Shown here: piece by piece, positions 19,911 through 27,746 of the stretch
Position numbering within the stretch: position 1 is the first letter of the stretch
Layout of the letters: the number at the start of each line of letters is the position of its first letter
Origin: Candidatus Methylomirabilis limnetica
GTDB taxonomy: Bacteria; Methylomirabilota; Methylomirabilia; Methylomirabilales; Methylomirabilaceae
DNA: 32,000 nt
Direction of reading: 5' to 3'
Assembly (NCBI RefSeq): GCF_003044035.1
Contig: NZ_NVQC01000026.1
Location: 30,001-62,000 of the forward strand
The notes under the pieces: generated by a model
Seen by the model: the letters and a program-made list of their open reading frames with translations, nothing else
Database searches by the model: none
What the model was told of the DNA's origin: nothing
Program-made: the position numbers and the translations under genes

Positions 19911-20048
19911 CAGGGTTTAGGGTACAGGGTTTAGGGTTTAGGGAAAAAGTCGATGATTTGCCTCATCCCTATACCCTTATACGCACACCCTATACCCTGT
20001 CCCCTTTACCCTCCACCCTATACCCTGTCTTCATCCCCTATACCCTGT
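19911..20048. repeat. cagggt...accctg array element E1 (gggttta arm / ccctata arm)
   Basis: (gggttta)n at 19913-19953 and (ccctata/ccctgtc)n at 19968-20048 are near-complementary. The interior gggaaaaagtcgatgatt resembles gggaaagtcatgcgtgat of family 1. The right end accctgtcttttc is identical to 22291-22303. It overlaps the last 6 codons of the aminotransferase ORF. Confidence 0.65.
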
Positions 20049-21356
20049 CTTTTCTAATTCGGCAAAGGCCTCATCGAGAATAGCCAGGCCTTCCAATGCC
20101 TGCGCCTCGGTGACGAGAAGCGGCGGATTGATCCGGATATTGTAGGAATAGCACATCGCGAGTAGTCCCCTTCGGAGGCAGGCCTGAAACAACCTTTGCG
20201 TCATTGGCTTCGGAAGCGGCTCCTTGGTCTGCCTATCCTTGACCAGTTCGATGCCCAGCAAGAGCCCTCTGCCCCGCACGTCGCCCACAAACGGGTATTT
20301 CTCCTTCATCACTTCCAGCCGTTTCAGCATGACCGCGCCGACACGCTTGGCATTCGCCACAAGCCGATCCTTAACGATTACCTCGAGGGTAGCCAGCCCC
20401 GCTGTTGCGGCTAGCGGATTGCCTCCATAGCTTGAGGAGCTTCCGCTCGGATTACCAAAGGGCTTGCTCGCCATCAGCTCTTGTGTCGAAATCACCCCGC
20501 TGACAGGGAACCCGCCTCCCATCCCCTTGCCGACCGTCATCACGTCCGGTACAATCGGCTCGTGATCGCACCCCCACATCGATCCGGTGCGGCCGAAGCC
20601 TGTGAGCATCTCGTCGGCGATCAGCAGGGCATCATTCTCCTTGGCAATCGTCTGTACCGCGCTCAAAAACCCCTGGGGCGGAATTACATTTCCGGCAGTC
20701 CCCTGGATCGGTTCCACGATGATCGCAGCGATCTCGCCCTGGGTCTGATACTGGATCACTTGGCGCAGGAAATCAGCGCAGGCAATACCGCAGTCGGGAT
20801 AACGGAGCTTCAAGGGACAGCGATAGCAGTTGGCGTACGGGGCGCTGTAGAGGCCAGGCATGAAGGGTCCCATCTGCTTCTTGAAGTCATCCCCCAACAG
20901 CCCAAGGACCCCGCCGGTCTTGCCGTGGAACCCGCCCCAGAACCCGACAAACTCAAACTTCTTAGTCGCCGACTTGGCGAGTCGGAAGGCAGCCTCGACC
21001 GCCTCCGCCCCGCTGGAATACATCTGGATCCGCTTGAGCCCTTTCGGCGTGACCGATGCTAGCAGCGCAAGAAACCGGGCCCGGTTCTCAGTGGTGAAGC
21101 TACCGAACGTCAGCCGCTCGATCTGGGCCTTCATCGCCTCGACGTAGTGCGGGTGCGTATACCCGATGCTCCCCACACCGATCCCAGCCATGAAATCGAG
21201 ATATCGATTGCCGTCCTCATCGATGAGGGTACACCCTTCCCCTCTCGCCATCGCCAGCCCGGAATACAGCGCAATCGACTGTAGACCCGGTGCCATATGG
21301 CGCGCCTCACGGGTGAAGATCGCCCTGGACCGCTTTCCAGGAATATTTCGCTTCAT
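20031..21356 (-). CDS. Class-III pyridoxal-phosphate-dependent aminotransferase
   Basis: The start ATG at 21356 overlaps the upstream TGA (ATGA). GGFHGKTGG; ADEMLTGFGRTGSMWGCDHEPIVPDVMTVGKGMGGGFP contains the PLP-lysine motif. The last residues (..EKTGYRG) are repeat-encoded. Confidence 0.8.
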   Translation of the reverse strand: MKRNIPGKRSRAIFTREARHMAPGLQSIALYSGLAMARGEGCTLIDEDGNRYLDFMAGIGVGSIGYTHPHYVEAMKAQIERLTFGSFTTENRARFLALLASVTPKGLKRIQMYSSGAEAVEAAFRLAKSATKKFEFVGFWGGFHGKTGGVLGLLGDDFKKQMGPFMPGLYSAPYANCYRCPLKLRYPDCGIACADFLRQVIQYQTQGEIAAIIVEPIQGTAGNVIPPQGFLSAVQTIAKENDALLIADEMLTGFGRTGSMWGCDHEPIVPDVMTVGKGMGGGFPVSGVISTQELMASKPFGNPSGSSSSYGGNPLAATAGLATLEVIVKDRLVANAKRVGAVMLKRLEVMKEKYPFVGDVRGRGLLLGIELVKDRQTKEPLPKPMTQRLFQACLRRGLLAMCYSYNIRINPPLLVTEAQALEGLAILDEAFAELEKTGYRG

Positions 21357-22237
21357 AGGAGCGCTCCTTGTCTGAGGCGACGTAGCAACCACGTAGCGAT
21401 CTGGGGAGCAGCTTCCTCGCGAAACAACGCAAACGAAGGCCACGCATTAATGTCGATGAGGAAGAACTCCCCGGTAGGCGTGATGATGGCATCACCTCCG
21501 TACACCTCAAGCCCGATGGTGGAAGCCGCCTGCTGGGTAACGGTCTGTAATGCCTCCTCCGAAAAGGGATACCGAGCCAGATCCTGATCCCGGTGATAGA
21601 ACCACTTAAACCATGTGTCCTTCCGATGGCCTGTAAGAGACTTTCCGATCCCGTAGAACTTGATCAAATCTCCCGGAATGTGCTGCTGCAGCACCACGTG
21701 GGAGATTCCCCTGCCGTAGAGCGCTGCCAGAACCCTCCGGAGATCCTCCAAAGATGATACGAGTTCAACATCCCCGGATTGGGTATTGTGGACATCGGCT
21801 CGCTTGACCCAGATCGGGAAAGAGCCTGTCGGAAGCTGTGGCGAAGGATGATCAGGGTTGAACGAGTTGCTCGATATGACCTGGCTCCTCGGGATCGGAA
21901 TCGCTGAGGCGGCGAGAAGTGGAATCATTCGGTCCCGATAGGTGTTCAGCACGGCCTGAAGAGGATTGACATGTGGGATAGCTTGCATCTCAATCGGCTC
22001 AAGAGAACGTAGGGTTTCGACCCGCTCGCACATTAAAAATACAAGCGACGGCAAAGGGTCTGGCCGAAGCCCAGTCGAAGGATCGGCTACTCCGAGCTCC
22101 TCCGGCGTCTTGAGGTGTACCTGGTAGCCGGCCGCTTCGACATGTTTGGCCACGAGCCTCAGGATCTCAGCATCATCGAATTCCCGACCCGGCGAGTGCT
22201 GCTGTTCACGATAAATCCCCCAAAGGTACGGCATCAT
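21353..22237 (-). CDS. ATP-grasp fold protein (ITPK1/RimK-like terminal motif)
   Basis: FPIWVKRADVHNTQSGDVELV, VVLQQHIPGDLIKFYGIG and YGGDAIITPTGEFFLIDINAWPSF follow the ATP-grasp pattern. The last motif resembles, from memory, the ..DIINNQTGQHAVIDINAFPGY end of inositol-trisphosphate 5/6-kinases. ggagg RBS upstream. Confidence 0.6.
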   Translation of the reverse strand: MMPYLWGIYREQQHSPGREFDDAEILRLVAKHVEAAGYQVHLKTPEELGVADPSTGLRPDPLPSLVFLMCERVETLRSLEPIEMQAIPHVNPLQAVLNTYRDRMIPLLAASAIPIPRSQVISSNSFNPDHPSPQLPTGSFPIWVKRADVHNTQSGDVELVSSLEDLRRVLAALYGRGISHVVLQQHIPGDLIKFYGIGKSLTGHRKDTWFKWFYHRDQDLARYPFSEEALQTVTQQAASTIGLEVYGGDAIITPTGEFFLIDINAWPSFALFREEAAPQIATWLLRRLRQGALL

Positions 22238-22255
22238 GAGGTACTGCCTCCGCTT

Positions 22256-23005
22256 TTAAAACAGGGTAGAGGGTAGAGGGTGTAGGGTAGACCCTGTCTT
22301 TTCATGTTCTTGTACAAGAGTTTCGGCCAGGTGAAGATCCTCGGCGCGATCGACGTCGATGACCTGGTCAATGACCACCCCATAGACCGGGATCCCGCGA
22401 TCAACCATCCAGATCAGGAAGTCACGAAGCCGATCCAGTGTAGACGGGTGAGGGGCTTCGGCAAAGATTGAGCCGGGCACAAGGTAGAGTCCGGCGGTTA
22501 CGACGTCACCCGAGTCACCCCCTATTCCCGTTACGCGCCCGGAAGGATCGAGGGTCACCCAGAGAGGCTTCTCGTCGGCCACGAATGGCGTCACGGCCAA
22601 AACGACGGAAGCCTGACTGCAGCGCCGGGCCTGATCGACGAATCGGCGGAAGGCCGGTTCCGGACAGATCCAGTCCACGGTAGACATGAGGATGGGGCCT
22701 GGACCGGATCGCCCACCAACCTCCCAGAAGCTTTCGTACGATGAGCGTGTAGTTTTCACGATGCATTGGACGTCGAGATTCGGGAAACGCTCCTGAATGA
22801 ATGTGGCGCACTCCCGGTCGTCCTCATTGAAGATGATCCGTAGCTGCGTGATACCGACCTTCACAAAATTGCTCATCACCCGCTCGATCAACGGGATACC
22901 TGCGACCGGCACCATCGGCTTCGGCATCCTCAAGCCGTCCCGTTTCAACCGGGAACCTTCCCCGGCCGCAATGATGCCCCCTATCAGGGTTGTGGGCGCG
23001 TTCAC
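22256..23005 (-). CDS. Sugar/alcohol-phosphate nucleotidyltransferase (NTP_transferase family)
   Basis: Intact signature IIAAGEGSRLKRDGLRMPKPMVPVAGIPLIERV. The start overlaps the HAD gene stop by 4 nt. The C-terminal TGSTLHPLPSTL tail is encoded by the (agggtag) array. Confidence 0.75.
   Translation of the reverse strand: MNAPTTLIGGIIAAGEGSRLKRDGLRMPKPMVPVAGIPLIERVMSNFVKVGITQLRIIFNEDDRECATFIQERFPNLDVQCIVKTTRSSYESFWEVGGRSGPGPILMSTVDWICPEPAFRRFVDQARRCSQASVVLAVTPFVADEKPLWVTLDPSGRVTGIGGDSGDVVTAGLYLVPGSIFAEAPHPSTLDRLRDFLIWMVDRGIPVYGVVIDQVIDVDRAEDLHLAETLVQEHEKTGSTLHPLPSTLF
22262..22297. repeat. cagggt...accctg array element E2 (36 bp, in frame inside the 3' end of the nucleotidyltransferase ORF)
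   Basis: The sequence is cagggta gagggta gagggtg tagggta gaccctgt. Its flanks ttttaaaa / cttttc are near-identical to those of E1. Confidence 0.6.
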
Positions 23006-23712
23006 AGGAGTATCTCCCGAAGATCTGCTAGCGACCTGATCATAGGGTCACCCGGGCAACAGGGTACGGCAGCACCGGAGTGGTCTGATACCAGCCAGAT
23101 ATGGGGCATCCCGAGACCTTTCGCCCCTTCCATGTCTCGAGGCAATGAGTCGCCGACAAATACCGCCTCTCGTGGATCGAGTTGTAACTGCATCAGCGCG
23201 GCCTGAAAGATCCTAGGGTCCGGCTTGGTGAACCCGACGCGCGCCGAATCAACCATTACACTCATGAGCGGGGTCAGCCCACTCTCAAGACAGACGCGTT
23301 CGAGATTGCCATAGAAGTTCGAGATGATGCCGAGTCGAAATCGTACTGACAGCTCCCGCAGGATCGTCAGGTTAGAACGGATCTTATCCAGTGAGTCCTG
23401 AAGAAACCTGTCGCACAGACGCGACGCTACCCTCGCATCGGCCATATTCAACGCCTCCAGTACGCCCGTGACCTGGAACAGGAGGCTCTCTCGAAACGAG
23501 TAGTCCGAGAATCCCCGCGCCACCAGAGCATCATCGCCAACATAGTAGGCTTGATCGTATCGATCCCGCTCTATCTCCATATGCTCGGCGAGATAGAACG
23601 GATAGAATCTATCTTTCCAGGCGACTCCGTCGGCATCAAGGGTTCCCCCGAAATCGAAGAGAATAGCTTTTGGCAACTCTTTTACCATCCGGCTTCGCGT
23701 CATCGCGTTCAT
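23002..23712 (-). CDS. HAD-superfamily hydrolase (probable phosphatase)
   Basis: Motif I AILFDFGGTLD, motif II LGIISNF, motif IV FVGDSLPRDMEGA. The start is uncertain (ATGs at 23712, 23703, 23688) because the first codons lie in the 8-mer array. Confidence 0.7.
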   Translation of the reverse strand: MNAMTRSRMVKELPKAILFDFGGTLDADGVAWKDRFYPFYLAEHMEIERDRYDQAYYVGDDALVARGFSDYSFRESLLFQVTGVLEALNMADARVASRLCDRFLQDSLDKIRSNLTILRELSVRFRLGIISNFYGNLERVCLESGLTPLMSVMVDSARVGFTKPDPRIFQAALMQLQLDPREAVFVGDSLPRDMEGAKGLGMPHIWLVSDHSGAAVPCCPGDPMIRSLADLREILL

Positions 23713-23796
23713 TGCGTCATTGCGTTCATTGCGTCATTGCGTCGTACGCTATAGACGCTATAGACGCTATAGACGCAATAGCCGCTATAGACGTAC
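23700..23796. repeat. Paired arrays (cattgcgt)4-5 and (ctatagacg)4-5
   Basis: The tandem units are directly visible. The two arrays are partly reverse-complementary (gcgtc / gacgc cores). They fill the spacer between the PmbA-like stop and the HAD start. Confidence 0.75.
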
Positions 23797-25350
23797 TCAG
23801 AGCTGCTCCATGAAGGAGGCGATCTCGTCGAGCTTGACGCCTCGAACGGCGATCTCGGGCGTATAGATGACCTCGTCTGCCGCCCAGACCAAGGTTTCCC
23901 TTACATCCTTACCGATCGCGATGATATTAGAGAGAATCGTGTGGATATTATCGTTGATCCGTACCGTATTGGGTTTCAGCGGCGTCGTGATCCGTCCGTC
24001 CTTAATGATGTACGAGTCACCAACCACTGTGCAGGTGAAGTCGCCGGCCCGTAACCCGTTGATAGGATACGTATACCAGATCCGCCCGATGAGTAGGCCG
24101 TTCTTTACGGTGGCGATGAGCTCATCGAGGCTTTGGTCTCCACCCTGTACGACAGCATTGGTTGAGGCGACTGCGGTTTGGACACCGAACTGTCGACCGC
24201 CACCAGCCCAGGATCGGAAACCGTTCCGCGGCACGATTGCGCTGCCGTGCTGGTTCGGGTCCACCCCCAGCTTCTCTGTACCCCTGGGATCTCTTACTAT
24301 ACGCTGCTGTTCGTAATAGTTGGTGAGCAGCCCTACCAATCTGCCCCGCTGGATCAGGCGTGTTTTCCCGGTCGGTAGTCCTTCGCAGGTGATCCCCTTG
24401 CTGCCCATCAACCCACGCTTATTGCCATGGTCGTAGAGGGTGAGATGCTTCGATGCGACTCGCTTCCCGAGCCGTCCCATGAACGGAGAGCTATCGCTGT
24501 AGAAGGTGCTGAGGCTGAGAGAAGGCAGGATCAGATTGTTCAGGAGGTCGGCCACAGGCTGACGCCCGAAGATTACCGTATACTCCCCACCCTTGATCCG
24601 CTCTCCGCCAATCGCCGCGAGAGCGTTGTGTGCGGCTTCTACACCGGCGCCGTCAGTAAACTGGTCCAGGCGGGTGCCGGCGGAGCAGCCGCTGCCCTTG
24701 GAGGCCTTGGCCTCGACCATTGCGGTGATGAAGGCCATGATCAGGGTCGATTCGTCGGTCTGGACCTCGGGCATGGCGGTCGAGGCGATGGCGATCCGCT
24801 CCTGCTGGATGGTCACATCGCCACCTACAATGAGGCCTAATGCACTGATCTGGCCCTTACCGCCCGCCAGTTCGGCAAGTTGAGGAGAAGCCGCAAAGGT
24901 CTTTAGTCCCCCCTGCAAAACCTTCCAGCCGACCTCAACCAGATCCTCGTCCCGAATCTTCATCAGTTTAGGGTCGTGGTAGCGGCGGAGCCTTCGCCGC
25001 TCACCCGTGGCTCTCGGCAGCGACGAGAATTCGGGATCGACGACGGCGCCGCGCCTGGCCTTCCCGAGGGCTCTTTTTACCCCATCGAGGCTTAGATCGC
25101 TCGGTTCGCTGCCAAACCCGATCGTAACACCGGCCTCTGTCTTGAAAACCGCCGCAATTCCAAGGCCGTACGATTCACTTGATTTCGGCTCTTCGACGCC
25201 ATTGCATGGGATGTGCGAGGTATAGTTCAGCCGGGCTAAGAGGTTACCGTTACTTGACGCAAAGACCTCGGCCTCGGCCACCTGCTCGGCTGACCCTAGA
25301 TACTCCAAGGCTTGCGTCACAGCCTTAGCAAGTTCAGCGGTTGAGATCAT
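23797..25350 (-). CDS. PmbA/TldE-family protein (non-catalytic partner of TldD-type metalloprotease)
   Basis: 517 aa with no HExxxH motif. The C-terminal ...TNAVVQGGDQSLDELIATVKNGLLIG...GDFTCTVVGDSYIIKDGRITTPLKPNTVRINDN pattern is typical of the PmbA_TldD family. Confidence 0.7.
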   Translation of the reverse strand: MISTAELAKAVTQALEYLGSAEQVAEAEVFASSNGNLLARLNYTSHIPCNGVEEPKSSESYGLGIAAVFKTEAGVTIGFGSEPSDLSLDGVKRALGKARRGAVVDPEFSSLPRATGERRRLRRYHDPKLMKIRDEDLVEVGWKVLQGGLKTFAASPQLAELAGGKGQISALGLIVGGDVTIQQERIAIASTAMPEVQTDESTLIMAFITAMVEAKASKGSGCSAGTRLDQFTDGAGVEAAHNALAAIGGERIKGGEYTVIFGRQPVADLLNNLILPSLSLSTFYSDSSPFMGRLGKRVASKHLTLYDHGNKRGLMGSKGITCEGLPTGKTRLIQRGRLVGLLTNYYEQQRIVRDPRGTEKLGVDPNQHGSAIVPRNGFRSWAGGGRQFGVQTAVASTNAVVQGGDQSLDELIATVKNGLLIGRIWYTYPINGLRAGDFTCTVVGDSYIIKDGRITTPLKPNTVRINDNIHTILSNIIAIGKDVRETLVWAADEVIYTPEIAVRGVKLDEIASFMEQL

Positions 25351-25373
25351 CGGTAAGTCTCCTGGAACACAAC

Positions 25374-25443
25374 AAGGGTTTAGCGGTTTAGCGGTTAGAA
25401 CCCACCGGCCATGCTTTTCCTCTACCCTATACCCTCTACCCTT
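25374..25443. repeat. aagggt...accctt array element E3 (ggtttagc arm / ctaccct arm)
   Basis: (ggtttagc)2 and (ctaccct/ataccct)3 flank ..ccatgcttttcc.. (reverse complement ggaaaagcatgg, like the family-1 interior). It abuts the TldD-like stop codon at 25444. Confidence 0.6.
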
Positions 25444-27039
25444 TCAAGCTCCGGTGAGGATGGCGCGGCTGCGCATGGTGGGGCCCCCATTACCGAGCCG
25501 CTTGGTCTGCATCGGCTGGCCCTTGCCGCAATTGGGGATCGGGTAGAGACGGAAGTCGTTCCCTACCGCATCCACCTTCATCAAGTAGTCCTTCGTATCG
25601 GCCATGATCCCGCCGTTACAGAACAACTCTCCGATCTGCCCATGCTTGATCTCATAGACCTTCATCGCGGAGATTCGGAAGTTTTCGCGCGATTCAGCGA
25701 TCGAGGGAGTCCGGTGCCCTACGAGGTAGTAGCCATGGGGGATCTCCCTGATAATCTCATGGGGGTCCCGTTCGCCAGGACTGAACACCGTATTTGACAT
25801 CCTGATCAAAGGAACCATCGAGGCGTCAGTAGCCGTGTACGACCCGTTCGGCGGGATACCCAGGATGGCAGCGGTCTGGCGGCTGTTCATGAAGCCGGTG
25901 AAGATCCCGTGGTCGATGTGCATAACCTTTCTCCCTGATGTACCTTCGTGATCATACTTATAATGGCCGTACCCGGGAAGAGAGGGGTCGGAGAAGGCTG
26001 AGACGAGGGGAGAAGCGATCGGTTTGCCCATCTGATGTTCCTGGAGGTCCCGGAAAAGCCAGCTTCGGCCGGCGTAAGAAGCCTCCATCTTCAACGCGCG
26101 ATCCAGCTCGGCCGGGTGGCCGACAATCTCGTGGACCGTCAGGGTGTTGTAGTGGGGGTCGGTGACAACCACCATCTCGCGGTCAGTGGCCTTGAGCGGC
26201 CTGGCATTGCACAGGCTCACCGCGTCACCCGTGAGGTTCATACAAAAGGTCCGGAAATCCGGAAATTGGATGAACTCCTCTTGCACGCCTTTGGTTAACA
26301 CCTCCCACCCGCGCTGGTGGCCCATGTAATCGTACAGCTCCTGCGTGCCGGATTTGCCGTCGGTCACGATGAAACACGTGCCCTGAGTCAGAGCAAAGCA
26401 CTGGTCGATGTTGGCACCCTCAGAGCTACACAGCAACTCCCGGCTCAACAGGGTAAAGGCCGAGATGAACGTATACTTGACATGAGGGTCGAGCGCAAGC
26501 GTGCTTTTGGAGATCTCGGTCGTCATGGCGACGATCTCGTCTAAGGGGACGGAGAGGGGATCGACCTCAAAGCGCGCCGGAACGATATCCTGATGAATCT
26601 CGATGGGCGCGAGGGTAGTGCTGATCAGGGTATCCCCCAGAGGACTGAACGCCTCCCGTGTTGCGCTCTTGCGCTCGGCGTTGGCCAGTGCCCGATGATG
26701 CGCATGACGGAGCCCGCCCTTCACGACCTGCGCTAGTCGATCTATGTCGGCTATTCCGAGCGATTGCCCGAAATAGCCCGGCGCGACCATCCCGTTACCG
26801 GACAGAGCGCGGATACCGACCGCAAAGCCATAGTCCCTGGTGCTATGTTTACTCCCACCATTCTCTGCTGCGGCCGATTGTCCTTCATCGACCTGTACGC
26901 GAATGTCCACATAGCGGCAGCCGCGAAGGGTCTTCCTGTAGCGGGTGGCGAGATCGAAGATCATCGGCTTGATCTGATCGATGATCTGTACTGTCATTGG
27001 TTGTGTTGACATCGTCTTTGCTTCCCCTATCCCCAGCAT
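25444..27039 (-). CDS. tldD: TldD-family zinc metalloprotease
   Basis: HEIVGHPAELDR is the HExxGH zinc motif. The C-terminal ...GYYLVGHRTPSIAESRENFRISAMKVYEIKHGQIGEL... follows the TldD pattern. An alternative start at 27012 (MSTQP..) has aggggaag upstream. Confidence 0.75.
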   Translation of the reverse strand: MLGIGEAKTMSTQPMTVQIIDQIKPMIFDLATRYRKTLRGCRYVDIRVQVDEGQSAAAENGGSKHSTRDYGFAVGIRALSGNGMVAPGYFGQSLGIADIDRLAQVVKGGLRHAHHRALANAERKSATREAFSPLGDTLISTTLAPIEIHQDIVPARFEVDPLSVPLDEIVAMTTEISKSTLALDPHVKYTFISAFTLLSRELLCSSEGANIDQCFALTQGTCFIVTDGKSGTQELYDYMGHQRGWEVLTKGVQEEFIQFPDFRTFCMNLTGDAVSLCNARPLKATDREMVVVTDPHYNTLTVHEIVGHPAELDRALKMEASYAGRSWLFRDLQEHQMGKPIASPLVSAFSDPSLPGYGHYKYDHEGTSGRKVMHIDHGIFTGFMNSRQTAAILGIPPNGSYTATDASMVPLIRMSNTVFSPGERDPHEIIREIPHGYYLVGHRTPSIAESRENFRISAMKVYEIKHGQIGELFCNGGIMADTKDYLMKVDAVGNDFRLYPIPNCGKGQPMQTKRLGNGGPTMRSRAILTGA

Positions 27040-27152
27040 TGGTTACGTTCTTTTCAAGGACGGTAAAGCGCTAGATTGTACCCCATCAGGGTGAGAACTG
27101 GGAAGCACCTTTTATACGGGACGTGTACGGGACTGCGCTGTTGGAAGAGATC

Positions 27153-27746
27153 TCAGCCGAGCGAAAAGCTTTGCAGGATAGAGTAGCGTGCGCCCGCCAC
27201 GTGCAGGTCGCTCTTCATCAGCTCGATCCGGTCGAGCGCCATCTCGCCCAGCGTCTCGGTTGGCGCCCCAGTGAGCGCGCTAGCCAACTGCTCTCGGTGC
27301 GCGGGGCTCCGTACACGACCCAGCGTAAGATGCGCGGTGAACGGTCGCTCCTCCCGTGCAAATCCGAGCGACTCGAGCCCCGTCTCAATCCTCGTCTGAA
27401 GCTTTGCCAGCGCCTCCGCGCCGTGGGAGAGCCCGATCCAGACGACCCGGGCCGCACGCGGATGGGGAAAGGCGCCGAGACCCTCAAAGACCAGGCGAAT
27501 CGGACCACACCCGGTAGCCGCTACAGCGATCGCCTCCCCGATGACACCGAGACGACCCTCCTCGACCTGCCCCAGAAATTTGAGCGTAAGGTGGAGGTTC
27601 TCCGGCCGCACCCATCCGACGTCGGCTCGTGTGGCCTTGAGCCGATCCTGCACCCTGGCCAGGGCTGCTTTGAGGCCGGAATCCAGATTAGCGGCGACAA
27701 AAGCGCGAATCTCCGAGACGGGCTGGGAGTCAGGTCTGTCCGGCAT
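27153..27746 (-). CDS. thpR: RNA 2',3'-cyclic phosphodiesterase (2H phosphoesterase, ThpR/LigT)
   Basis: Two H-x-T motifs, HLTLKFLG and HLTLGRV. The start at 27746 gives 197 aa and overlaps the cinA 3' end by 17 nt. The ORF-track start at 27869 is rejected as an extension. Confidence 0.8.
   Translation of the reverse strand: MPDRPDSQPVSEIRAFVAANLDSGLKAALARVQDRLKATRADVGWVRPENLHLTLKFLGQVEEGRLGVIGEAIAVAATGCGPIRLVFEGLGAFPHPRAARVVWIGLSHGAEALAKLQTRIETGLESLGFAREERPFTAHLTLGRVRSPAHREQLASALTGAPTETLGEMALDRIELMKSDLHVAGARYSILQSFSLG

Noticed and set aside
19913-19953. The (TTTAGGG)n-like run gggtttagggtacagggtttagggtttaggg is identical to the plant-type telomere unit.
   Set aside because: It has only about 4 units, lies inside a bacterial intergenic spacer, and is paired with a near-complementary (ccctata) arm. 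It fits the local heptamer-array element family, not a chromosome end or eukaryotic contamination.
27075-27080. A tacaat (-10-like) hexamer lies on the minus strand, about 35 nt upstream of the TldD-like ORF start.
   Set aside because: There is no acceptable -35 (tcccag at 17-bp spacing) and no extended -10 TG. This is too weak to call a promoter.
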